From an uncultured Ignavibacteriaceae bacterium (lineage in GTDB: Bacteria > Zixibacteria > MSB-5A5 > GN15 > PGXB01): DNA of 64,000 bases. The stretch's first letter is position 1; each line of letters starts with the position of its first letter. Made by a program: the position numbers and the translations under genes. The stretch lies in the NCBI GenBank assembly GCA_964452645.1, contig CAYVMO010000010.1, positions 36,511 through 100,510 of the forward strand, written 5' to 3'. The notes beneath the pieces were generated by a model. It did no database searches and was not told the origin of the DNA. It worked only from the letters and a program-made list of their open reading frames with translations. Below, one piece after another: positions 44,624 through 53,828 of this stretch.

Positions 44624-47371
44624 TCAGATATTCCCGGCGGTGGCGAGGACGTAGTCTTGAGTGTCGAAGTATTTCCGGGCGATATCAACCACCTGCTCGG
44701 CGGTGACGGCCCGGATTTTCTCGATAAAGGTATCATTATAGTCGTAACCCAAACCGAGATATTCATTGACGCCCATATAATAAGCCTGATTTATCCTGGA
44801 GAGATTCGCAGTCAATGAAGAGCCCCAGATGGAATTAATCGCTTCCTCAAGTTCATCTGTCGAGGGCGGTTCGGTTTTCATCCTTTCAATTTCGGCGAGG
44901 ATTCCATCCTTTGCCTTTTCATAATTATCGACGCCGGTTCCCATGCTGCAAATCAGCCACCCGAAATTTTTGTCCAGCACCGCGCCTGAACCGACCGAAT
45001 AGGCCAATCCGTGTTTTTCCCTAAGATTCTCCTTGAGACGGTTCGATAGTATTTCCACGGCGACTTTTATCTCCGGAGCATCAGGCGATGAAGCCGAGGG
45101 CAAAAGGTTACCAAGATAAATATAAACCTGGTCTTTTTCCATCGGTGCGTGAGCCATTTCAACACCGGCTATTTTGTTTGGTGCGGCGGCTTCTATCGGT
45201 GTGAATCCGGCCGCGGGAATTTTGCCCAGATATTCTTTTAGCATCGTCATCACTTTCTCCGGCTCATAATTTGTGCCGACTGTTATAATCATGTTTTCCG
45301 GAGAATACATTCTTCGATGATGCTCGTGCAAATCATCCAAAGTGATTGAACTAATGGTGCGATAGGTTCCCTCAATAACGCGGCTATAGGCTGTTCCCGC
45401 GAACATCTTGGCGTAAAATTTATTCCGGGCCATTTTGTACGTCGAGGCGCTTTCTCGTCCCAGAAGCCCGAAGATAGCGGAACGCACTTTTTCGACTTCA
45501 GTCGAATCAAAAGCCGGGTTGGCGATCATATCCGAAAAAAGCTCGATACCTTTTTCGGTGAATTGATCGATGGTCTCGAACTTCATAAATGAAAACTGCC
45601 GTGTCGTGTAGCGATCGTCGTATGGAATCCAGGGATTATCATACAGCGTCACATTGGCCCCGATCGACGATAACTCGCGGGATAATGTTTCGGCGTCACG
45701 CGACGTCGTGCCCTTTTCAGTCATCCGGTTGACGAAGTCGGTAATGCCGTCCAAACCGGGAGGTTCCGTAGCCGATCGATTTTTGCCGATTACATTAAGA
45801 GCGAATACACGGCTGTCGGGATTTGATTTTACGATAACGGTCAGGCCGTTGTCGAAAATCTCCTTAAGATACGATGAATGCCTGGTAGTCTCGGAAGCTA
45901 TCGCCTCGGTCTTCGGCATTTTGAAATTTTTACCGGCATCCGGATTAAATTTCGCGAAAGTTTTATTTTTATAATAATCCAGCACTTCTTCCTCGGTCGG
46001 ACCGGATGAAATGTATTGCTCCGTTATCCGTTCACCGGAGGCGGGGTACGCCGCCGTGGCAATGTATGATACATTATCGAAGTATTCCCGGCAGGCGGAT
46101 TGAACATCGGCGACGGTTACGGAATCAATGTGTTCCGGAAGCGTCTTGAAGAAATCCCATCCGGTCACCGCCATCAACGGGGCAATCGTGAATCCGTAAT
46201 AGTGCAATTTTTCGGACATATATATTTCCTGGCAGCGGCGGCTGACCTTATATCCATTGAGAAGTTCCTCCGAGGGGAGATTTTTCGATAATGATTCGAG
46301 AACGCCGTCGGTAACGGAGATGATGGAGTCAATCATTTCGGTTTTATCGCTAATTATTTCGATATTCAACCTCGAGAATTCCTCCTTGGTGTCCAGATAT
46401 ACCGAGACCGATGTTGCCAGCGGCGAACTTCCTGCTATCAAAGCCTTTGTCAGAGGCGAGTTTTCTTTGTCACCCAGATAATCTTCGATGAGCGTAAAGG
46501 CATAGTAATCCGCATTTTTGAATTGCGGCGCTTCAATGGAATAATCGATATATGTTGATTGCGTGTTGGCGGTCGTTTTGTAAACCTCTTTTTCTTCAAG
46601 CGGTGTGTACTTAATTTCCGGAGGTGGCGGTAACTCCACACGGGGGAATTTCCCGAATATAGATTTGACCGTTTCGGCCATTTGATCCGATTCAAAATCA
46701 CCAATCATCAGGATGGTCATATTGTTGGGTGCATAAAAGCGTTTGTAGTAATCGATAATGGCTTCCCGGGGAATATTGGCGATAATCGGTTCAAAACCGA
46801 TAACCGGTCTGGTGTAGGGCGTCCCGGCCATGGCCTTCTCATCAAAGAACGCTTCCGCCGCCGAACCCTCGCGGTCATCGCCCTGCTTTATTTCCTCAAT
46901 TACGATTTTACGTTCTTTGGCAAAACGCTCCGCCGGGAATACGGAATAAAACAGCATGTCCGCCTGGGTCGCCAGTCCATAGTCAATATAATCTCTGGGC
47001 ATCAGAACCAGATAGGCGGTGAAATCTTTATTGGTGAAAGCATTGATATATCCGCCCAATCGTTCGACCCCGCCCTCGATTTCTTCCTGCGTCTGAGTGG
47101 CCGTCCCGTCAAAAAGCAGGTGCTCCAGAAAATGGGTGACACCATTATTAAACCGGTTTTCATATTTGCTGCCGGCCTTGACAAAAATCAAACTGGTGGC
47201 CATCGGCGAAGCATGATTCTCTTTCAGTATTACCTGCAGCCCGTTATCAAGCGTTATTCTTTTTATAGCGTTTTTACCGGATATTGTCTTATTTGACGAA
47301 CAGCCGATCGCCAGTAATAATAGGCCAACCAGGCCGATCTTCATTATTATCTTGGTCGATTTAACAAACAT
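44624..47371 (-). CDS. Tandem-unit M16 (pitrilysin/insulinase-like) zinc peptidase, lipoprotein
   Basis: 915 aa. It has a lipobox LLLAIGC, the inverted zinc motif HFLEHLLF (HxxEH) in the first unit, and a second M16-like unit without it. Confidence 0.9.
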   Translation of the reverse strand: MFVKSTKIIMKIGLVGLLLLAIGCSSNKTISGKNAIKRITLDNGLQVILKENHASPMATSLIFVKAGSKYENRFNNGVTHFLEHLLFDGTATQTQEEIEGGVERLGGYINAFTNKDFTAYLVLMPRDYIDYGLATQADMLFYSVFPAERFAKERKIVIEEIKQGDDREGSAAEAFFDEKAMAGTPYTRPVIGFEPIIANIPREAIIDYYKRFYAPNNMTILMIGDFESDQMAETVKSIFGKFPRVELPPPPEIKYTPLEEKEVYKTTANTQSTYIDYSIEAPQFKNADYYAFTLIEDYLGDKENSPLTKALIAGSSPLATSVSVYLDTKEEFSRLNIEIISDKTEMIDSIISVTDGVLESLSKNLPSEELLNGYKVSRRCQEIYMSEKLHYYGFTIAPLMAVTGWDFFKTLPEHIDSVTVADVQSACREYFDNVSYIATAAYPASGERITEQYISSGPTEEEVLDYYKNKTFAKFNPDAGKNFKMPKTEAIASETTRHSSYLKEIFDNGLTVIVKSNPDSRVFALNVIGKNRSATEPPGLDGITDFVNRMTEKGTTSRDAETLSRELSSIGANVTLYDNPWIPYDDRYTTRQFSFMKFETIDQFTEKGIELFSDMIANPAFDSTEVEKVRSAIFGLLGRESASTYKMARNKFYAKMFAGTAYSRVIEGTYRTISSITLDDLHEHHRRMYSPENMIITVGTNYEPEKVMTMLKEYLGKIPAAGFTPIEAAAPNKIAGVEMAHAPMEKDQVYIYLGNLLPSASSPDAPEIKVAVEILSNRLKENLREKHGLAYSVGSGAVLDKNFGWLICSMGTGVDNYEKAKDGILAEIERMKTEPPSTDELEEAINSIWGSSLTANLSRINQAYYMGVNEYLGLGYDYNDTFIEKIRAVTAEQVVDIARKYFDTQDYVLATAGNI

Positions 47372-47525
47372 CTTATTCCATCCTTATCAAAAAAGTTTGC
47401 TGTTTAAAAAAAGTACAAATTTACTAATTATACGAATTCCGATTCGTATTCATAACTTTAATCAAATTAATATGTTAAGCTATTTATAACGGTCGGACTT
47501 GTCAAGAATAAAGAGGAAATTTACA

Positions 47526-47553
47526 TTGACATTCAACCGAATTTAAATATATT
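47526..47553 (+). promoter_or_regulatory. Sigma-70-like promoter candidate
   Basis: TTGACA (47526-47531), a 16-nt spacer and TATATT (47548-47553) lie just upstream of the 47568 ORF. Confidence 0.4.
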
Positions 47554-47567
47554 GCAGAGAATTTTTT

Positions 47568-48002
47568 ATGGACTATATGAGAAAAAGACTGATCAATACA
47601 CTGGCTCGCAGCGCCGTTATTGCGACCGGATTGATATCTCTGATTTTTGTCGGTTCGGTTTCTATCGGTATCGCCGTATCCAAGACTGAATTTGATACTG
47701 ATTCTCAAACGACAAAAACCGGTCATTGCTATATTTCGACTTTTAAGCTGCCGGATGATGACGGCTCGATGAAAAAAAACGAATCATCGGAATCCGAGAA
47801 ATCAGTATTTTTTATAATCCAGGCGGTTGTCAGCGCCCAGAACTTCGATAATATCCGCCCCGACCTGAAAATAATTGAATCGCGGACATATCAGGATTTT
47901 GACCCTGAGCCGGTTCATATTTTGACGACGGCGGCCTCGATATCTTCGAAAAAAGCGATCGAGTTTACTTTGATGGGGGCTAAACCGTCCGGGACAAGCT
48001 AA
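47568..48002 (+). CDS. Small membrane-anchored protein, unknown function
   Basis: 144-aa ORF with an N-terminal TM segment (AVIATGLISLIFVGSVSIGIAV). It lies immediately upstream of secD. An alternative ATG is at 47577. Confidence 0.5.
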   Translation: MDYMRKRLINTLARSAVIATGLISLIFVGSVSIGIAVSKTEFDTDSQTTKTGHCYISTFKLPDDDGSMKKNESSESEKSVFFIIQAVVSAQNFDNIRPDLKIIESRTYQDFDPEPVHILTTAASISSKKAIEFTLMGAKPSGTS

Positions 48003-48088
48003 CGGCGCCGTTTATACATCCGATCGTATTCTGAATTCTGTAAACATTTTTAATTTGTTTTATAATTTTAGCGACAAAGGATAAATTT

Positions 48089-49798
48089 ATGAAAAATCAA
48101 ACCTGGCGACTGATTATTACCGGTTTTCTAATCATCCTCGGTTTTGTCGGTTTTTGGAATACTCTTAAGCTCTGGACTATGACGGCGAAAGAAAAGGCCA
48201 AAATGGAGGAGCGTCAACCGGGGTCCGTTCTTCAGTTGGAACAGAAGGCAATGCGCCTGGGACTTGATCTCAAGGGTGGTATTCATGTTGTTCTTCGGGT
48301 CAAGAAAGAAGAAATCGAAAAATCGGCGCAGGCCGATGCTGTCGATCGCGCTATCCAGGTAATTCGTAACCGTATTGATTTTACCGGGGTTACCGAGCCG
48401 GTCATCCAGAAACAGGGTGATGACCGGATTATTGTCGATCTTCCCGGTTATACTAACGCCGAACGGGCGGAAGATATTATAGGTCAGACGGCGCAATTGG
48501 AATTCAAATTGCTCGAATCGTATGATAACGCTCAGATGATTCTGGCGAAAATCGATTCGATCGTGGTGAAAATCCGCAAAGAGGGGGAGGGCGTCGATTC
48601 GCTGGCCGGAGATACGACTAAGTCCGAATCGGAATCGGCCGAGGCTCCGGCCGAAGACAGTGCCGGGAACGATATCCTTTCTGATCTTCTGGGTGAAGAT
48701 ACAGGCGAGGTGGTCGATGAGACATCTTTCGACAGTGAAGAAAACCCGTTTACTCAATATATGGAGCAGTTTTTATATAATCCGAAATCGGGTATTAAGT
48801 GGCCCGGTTATGTTGTTGCTGCCAAGGATAGGAAAACGCTCGAAAAGTGGCTGGCTCGCCCGGAAGTCCAGAGTGTAATTCCGGAAGACGTCCAGTTTGC
48901 CTGGTCGACCCGTTCGGACGTCAGGTCGGCCCAGAATGTATATATACTATATATCTTGAAAAGAAAAGTCCAGTTTCTTGGCAAGTATCTTGAACGAATC
49001 AAAGTCGGCCGGGGCCAGTTTCAGGAGCCGACGGTCGATTTTCGTTTAACCGGCAAGCCGATGGCGACTTTTGCCAGGCTGACCGGCGCCAATATCGATA
49101 AACCGCTGGCGATTGTCATCGACGGAAAAGTCGAGTCGGCGCCGATGATAAACTCCAAAATCCGCGGGCCGGGAACTATCACAATGGGCAGCGGCGCCAC
49201 GATTGAGGATGCCAAGGATCTTGAAATCGTTCTTAAAGCGGGTGCGCTTCCGGCACCGGTAGAAATAATCGAGAAAAACGTTATCGGGCCGACACTCGGG
49301 TCTGATTCGATCCGGAAAGGACTCATCTCGGCGGTCGTGGGTCTGCTGCTGGCCCTTACTTTAATAGGTGTTTATTATAAAATTTCCGGTTTGATTGCCG
49401 ACATCGCAGTCATTTTTAATATCTTTTTCCTTCTGGCAGTTATGGCCGGCCTCGGGGCTACCCTGACCATGCCCGGCATTGCCGGAATTATCCTGACCAT
49501 CGGTATCTCCCTTGACGCCAATATCCTGATTTTTGAAAGAATCCGCGAGGAATTGCGGACCGGTAAAACCGTGCGGGCATCGATCGACGCCGGCTACAAC
49601 CGGGCGTTGCTGACGATTGTCGACAGCCACGTCACGACATTAATCACCGCCGGCGCCCTGTTTGTTTTCGGTTCCGGGCCGATCAAAGGATTTGCCGTCT
49701 CGCTTTTCTGGGGTGTTACTATTTCGCTTTATACCGCGGTCGTTATCACCAAAACTGTTTTTGACATACGCAAAGGATATAAATCGTTAAGCATCTAA
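48089..49798 (+). CDS. secD: Protein translocase subunit SecD
   Basis: 569 aa. It has LGLDLKGGIHVVL, VTEPVIQKQGDDRIIVDLPG and a C-terminal 6-TM domain. Confidence 0.95.
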   Translation: MKNQTWRLIITGFLIILGFVGFWNTLKLWTMTAKEKAKMEERQPGSVLQLEQKAMRLGLDLKGGIHVVLRVKKEEIEKSAQADAVDRAIQVIRNRIDFTGVTEPVIQKQGDDRIIVDLPGYTNAERAEDIIGQTAQLEFKLLESYDNAQMILAKIDSIVVKIRKEGEGVDSLAGDTTKSESESAEAPAEDSAGNDILSDLLGEDTGEVVDETSFDSEENPFTQYMEQFLYNPKSGIKWPGYVVAAKDRKTLEKWLARPEVQSVIPEDVQFAWSTRSDVRSAQNVYILYILKRKVQFLGKYLERIKVGRGQFQEPTVDFRLTGKPMATFARLTGANIDKPLAIVIDGKVESAPMINSKIRGPGTITMGSGATIEDAKDLEIVLKAGALPAPVEIIEKNVIGPTLGSDSIRKGLISAVVGLLLALTLIGVYYKISGLIADIAVIFNIFFLLAVMAGLGATLTMPGIAGIILTIGISLDANILIFERIREELRTGKTVRASIDAGYNRALLTIVDSHVTTLITAGALFVFGSGPIKGFAVSLFWGVTISLYTAVVITKTVFDIRKGYKSLSI

Positions 49799-49810
49799 AG
49801 GAGATAATTC

Positions 49811-50734
49811 ATGTTAAGGATAATAAAAGAGACAAATATCAACTTTATCGGGCATCGGAGAAAGGCATTTTTAGTGTCCGGCCTTCTGATTTTGCTCGGT
49901 CTGTTCGCTTTTGCCATGGTTATGCTCAATAAGGCGAATATGGGAATCGACTTTGCCGGGGGGACGATGCTTCAGGGGAATTTCGAAAATCCAATCAACG
50001 TTGCCGACCTGCGTAATGCGGTTACCGGCGGCGGTTTTCCGGAGGCATCGATACAGAAATTGGAGCGCCATAATGTCCCCAATTCGTATATGATTCGTGT
50101 CAAGGAGACAATGGCGGGAAATGAAAAGGCGGTCATTAAACTGAGGGATATTATATCCGGGGCATTTCCCGGAAATACTTTTAACGAAGATTCGGAGCAT
50201 ACGATCGGCCCGGCCGTGGGTGAATCTTTGAAGAAAAGCGCTCGTTGGGCGATATTGATTTCCGTGCTCGGTATGATTATATATATCGGTTTGCGTTTCG
50301 ATTTCCGCTCCGGCGTGGCTGCAACAGTCGCGACGTTTCATGATGTTCTCGCTGTCCTCGGAATATTCTTCCTGTTAAACAAGGAGATTACACTTCTTAT
50401 CGTTACCGCACTTCTGACGCTGGCCGGATATTCGCTGACCGACACGGTCGTGGTGTATGACAGAATCCGCGAGAATCTGAAAAAAGCGCGCAAAAAAGCA
50501 GAGTTTGTCGGAACAGTCAACCGATCGATAAATGAGGTTTTATCGCGGACGATTATGACCTCGCTTTCTACTCTGGTTGTGGTGGTAGCTTTGTACCTTT
50601 TCGGCGGAGAAGTACTGCATGATTTCTCTCTGGCGCTTCTTATCGGTATTATTGTCGGCACCTATTCTTCAGTGTTCGTTGCCAGCCCGATTGTTGTGGA
50701 GTGGGAAGCTAAATCCCCGAAACGTTTTAAATAA
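49811..50734 (+). CDS. secF: Protein translocase subunit SecF
   Basis: 307 aa. It has GIDFAGGT and a C-terminal RND-like TM bundle with YSLTDTVVVYDRIREN. Confidence 0.95.
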   Translation: MLRIIKETNINFIGHRRKAFLVSGLLILLGLFAFAMVMLNKANMGIDFAGGTMLQGNFENPINVADLRNAVTGGGFPEASIQKLERHNVPNSYMIRVKETMAGNEKAVIKLRDIISGAFPGNTFNEDSEHTIGPAVGESLKKSARWAILISVLGMIIYIGLRFDFRSGVAATVATFHDVLAVLGIFFLLNKEITLLIVTALLTLAGYSLTDTVVVYDRIRENLKKARKKAEFVGTVNRSINEVLSRTIMTSLSTLVVVVALYLFGGEVLHDFSLALLIGIIVGTYSSVFVASPIVVEWEAKSPKRFK

Positions 50735-50746
50735 TTGATTTTTGCA

Positions 50747-50779
50747 GAAAAGCCGTTCCCATAGAGCGGCTTTTCTTTT
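50747..50779 (+). terminator. Rho-independent terminator after secF
   Basis: GAAAAGCCG (50747-50755) pairs with CGGCTTTTC (50767-50775) and is followed by TTTT. Confidence 0.8.
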
Positions 50780-50794
50780 GAGAAATAGCCGGCT

Positions 50795-51445
50795 ATGAAA
50801 CAGGATGAAATAGAGATAAAGCTCAATCTGTCAAACGAAGCAAATTATAGAAATATCATAAATTATTTAACGCCGGAAATCTCCCCGGTAAAACAAGAGA
50901 ATTATTTTTTCGACACCGAAAAGCGTGCTTTATCCAATGCCGGCTGGGCGCTGCGGATTAGAAAAGAGGCGGGCAAATCGACCATCACCGCCAAAGGGCC
51001 TCGAAAAACTGAGAACGGCGGCCTGACAATCAGAGCGGAGATTGAAGAAAATATCGATGTAAATCAGGCCGGGAAGTTTATCGCGAAAGGGATAAATCTT
51101 GCCGCTTTGCCGCCATCAATCGCGAAAATCATAACAGACATATGCCCGGACAAAAACCTTGAGAGGATATTGTCTTTTATCAACCACAGGACTATAGCCC
51201 GGCATGAAATTGATGGAATTGCCGTTGAGATAGCTATCGACCGAACCGAATATTCCAATGATTCCGTCGATTTCGAATTTGAGGCGGAACTTTCGGAAAA
51301 ATCGAAGTATAAGTCAGTAATGGCAATAATTGACGGCATTTTCGAGCAGGTCGGCGTACCGCTTGTGTTTCAGAACGAAAGCAAATATGCGCGGGCATTG
51401 AAGAAGGCCGATTTGGATTCGGCAGAGCAGAAAAAAAGAGATTGA
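50795..51445 (+). CDS. CYTH-domain protein (triphosphate tunnel metalloenzyme)
   Basis: 216 aa. It has the N-terminal EIEIKL (ExExK) motif and alternating charged beta-strands (RIRK, EIE). Confidence 0.8.
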   Translation: MKQDEIEIKLNLSNEANYRNIINYLTPEISPVKQENYFFDTEKRALSNAGWALRIRKEAGKSTITAKGPRKTENGGLTIRAEIEENIDVNQAGKFIAKGINLAALPPSIAKIITDICPDKNLERILSFINHRTIARHEIDGIAVEIAIDRTEYSNDSVDFEFEAELSEKSKYKSVMAIIDGIFEQVGVPLVFQNESKYARALKKADLDSAEQKKRD

Positions 51446-51511
51446 ATTGACAGCGAAGATATAATATTCTTTCCAGCCGAAAGATACCCCGTTTGATAAG
51501 GAGTAAGTGAT

Positions 51512-52387
51512 ATGAAAAAGGTCGTTATCGGACTGTTTTTTGTTATTATAATGTTTTCCGATCTATTTGGGCAGGAGGAAAAACCGAAGTCAAATATTTT
51601 TCCGTTTTCCGAAAATTATGATTCAAATAATACGCTGATTATGGCAATCGGGGAACCTTCCGGATATAAGCGATCTACCAACATCGGGATGAGCGTATTT
51701 ATGGCCTGGATTACGAATCTTCCGATGAGGCCCAAAGGATCGCCGGTTACGAAGTGGAATGGGCAGGTTATGATGGGTGCCGATTCGGTAAACGGTGTTA
51801 TCGACCTTGGAGTGGGAACGATAAATCAAAAGGACGCCGACATTCCGTTACAGCTCGTCCTCGAATATCTTAAGGCCAGAGACGCATTGTATGATTCTCC
51901 GATTATCGTGGGAAACGGCGATACCGTCACATATAATAAGTGGCTTAACGGCAAGTATCTTAAAGACCCCAGGATGAATCTTATTTATGAAAAGGGTGAA
52001 AAAAAGGAAAATACTCTCAAGGAATTTTACCGTTTTCTGGAATTTGTCATGGTCATGAACGAAAATAAGACCCTTATTAAAAATCTCGAATCGGTAAAAG
52101 AAGACGGAATTATGCCTGGCGATTTGTATATTCAGTTTAATAAAGATGACGCCGATTCATCGGGTCATTGCTCCATAATTTTTGACGTCGCTGCTAATGA
52201 AAAAGGCGAGAAGGTATATCTGGCCGGATGGGGCGGAACTCCGCCTCACGCCCTTTATGTCGCCCGGCCACTGCCGATAAGCTATCGCCGGTGGTTTACC
52301 ATGGAGGAGTTAAAAGAGCGCCTGGCCGAATATGGCGAGGGGGAATTTTATCGATTTGCCAAATTGGGCTTGCTCGATAAAAAATAA
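51512..52387 (+). CDS. Secreted protein, unknown function
   Basis: SD AAGGAG lies upstream. 291 aa with a signal peptide (VVIGLFFVIIMFSDLFG). No motif was recognised with confidence. Confidence 0.65.
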   Translation: MKKVVIGLFFVIIMFSDLFGQEEKPKSNIFPFSENYDSNNTLIMAIGEPSGYKRSTNIGMSVFMAWITNLPMRPKGSPVTKWNGQVMMGADSVNGVIDLGVGTINQKDADIPLQLVLEYLKARDALYDSPIIVGNGDTVTYNKWLNGKYLKDPRMNLIYEKGEKKENTLKEFYRFLEFVMVMNENKTLIKNLESVKEDGIMPGDLYIQFNKDDADSSGHCSIIFDVAANEKGEKVYLAGWGGTPPHALYVARPLPISYRRWFTMEELKERLAEYGEGEFYRFAKLGLLDKK

Positions 52388-52427
52388 GCCTTGAAAGCAT
52401 AATTCGATTCATTATCTTTCGAATCTG

Positions 52428-53726
52428 ATGTCCGACGCAGGCAAAAAATCAGATTTAAAAAGGGAATCCGGATTTAACCGAAATCCCTGTTATGGCAGGA
52501 GTGTAATCGTTCTGCTAATCCTGTCGGCATGGTTTCTGTTATTAGTTTCGAATTTATCGGCCCGAACACTGCAGGTCGAGCGCGGCTCTAATCTGCAGGC
52601 GTCGATCGATTACGCAGCCGACGGTGACACTTTAATAATCGGGGCCAAGACATTTTATGCCGTCCCGGTCGATTTTGTCGATTCACTCTGCGGTAATTGC
52701 ACCGAGCATAAAACGCATGCTCAAGCCAGTTACGGATTTGTTGTCAAAAATAAATCTCTTTATATGATCGGCTCTGATAAAAAAAAGTCGGTGCTCGAAA
52801 GCGGCGCCGGATACGGGCTTTTTTTCGTTAATTCTTCCAATTCCTACCTGGAGAATTTGACTATCACCGGTGGAAGACGAGATCCGGACGGGCGGGCGAC
52901 CGATGCTGCGGTTGTCGTTCGTAATTCAAAGGTGCATATGCGTGACCTTAACATTATTGACAATAATCACCGGGTCGATTCGATTGCTATCGGTATCGGC
53001 GGGATTATCGGTCGTGAAGGAGCCGAGATTATTGTCGAGGATTGTACTATTGCCAATAATAGCTGGGATGGCGTCGCCTTATATCGTGGGGCCTGGGCGA
53101 TTATCACCGACTGTCTAATCAATGACGGCCGCGGCGTCGGAATCGGTGTCACCTGGGATGCCACCTGCCTTGCCTACCGTAACATCATCAGCGGCTATTG
53201 GAAAGGAATCGGTGCCTTTGGTACATCCTGGGTCGTGGCGCATAATAACTGCGTGATGGAAAATATAGGCTGGGGAATTATTGCAACCGGCAAATCGTAT
53301 ATGGATGCGGCCAATAATGTCGTCAATCATAACGGCAACTGCGGTTTCGCCACCTGGTCGACCGATTGTCGGGGAAGGATAATCAATAATATTATCACGA
53401 ATAACGGCTGGCGAAAGGAATGGATCTGCCCGTGTGTCGGCATCTGGAATCAGGGTGATTGGGCCAAGTGGGAATTTGCTTATAATATTGTCTGGAACAA
53501 CAAAGATGGGAATTACAGGGAAATTTGGGATCAAACCGGTATCAATGGCAATCTTTCGGTTGATCCCCTATTCGTGGGCGAACTGATATTTATCCTTCGG
53601 CCCGGATCACCGGCTATTGACCATGGCCATCCGGAAATTTCCGACACTGACGGCAGTCGCAGCGATATCGGTCTATTGGGCGGTCCCCAGGCCAAACAGA
53701 CAGCCGCGTTTCGCGGGCAGAAATAA
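52428..53726 (+). CDS. Right-handed parallel beta-helix repeat protein (pectin-lyase fold), exported or membrane-anchored
   Basis: 432 aa with an N-terminal TM/signal segment. It has repeated about 22-residue units (I.DN....GI.., NN.W.GI.) typical of beta-helix repeats. Confidence 0.75.
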   Translation: MSDAGKKSDLKRESGFNRNPCYGRSVIVLLILSAWFLLLVSNLSARTLQVERGSNLQASIDYAADGDTLIIGAKTFYAVPVDFVDSLCGNCTEHKTHAQASYGFVVKNKSLYMIGSDKKKSVLESGAGYGLFFVNSSNSYLENLTITGGRRDPDGRATDAAVVVRNSKVHMRDLNIIDNNHRVDSIAIGIGGIIGREGAEIIVEDCTIANNSWDGVALYRGAWAIITDCLINDGRGVGIGVTWDATCLAYRNIISGYWKGIGAFGTSWVVAHNNCVMENIGWGIIATGKSYMDAANNVVNHNGNCGFATWSTDCRGRIINNIITNNGWRKEWICPCVGIWNQGDWAKWEFAYNIVWNNKDGNYREIWDQTGINGNLSVDPLFVGELIFILRPGSPAIDHGHPEISDTDGSRSDIGLLGGPQAKQTAAFRGQK

Positions 53727-53779
53727 TCTAATTGATTTATTTCCCGATTTCTCGAGGTTCTCTATATGAATCTGCCGGT

Positions 53780-53808
53780 AAAAAAGGGGGCGGCGTGATA
53801 CCGTCCCC
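53780..53808 (-). terminator. Probable terminator of the C25 protease gene
   Basis: On the minus strand GGGGACGG pairs with CCGCCCCC (one mismatch) and is followed by TTTTTT. Confidence 0.55.
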
Positions 53809-53828
53809 GATAGATGAACATCCTGATT

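Noticed and set aside
48128-48757. 209-aa minus-strand ORF
   Set aside because: It is antisense to secD.
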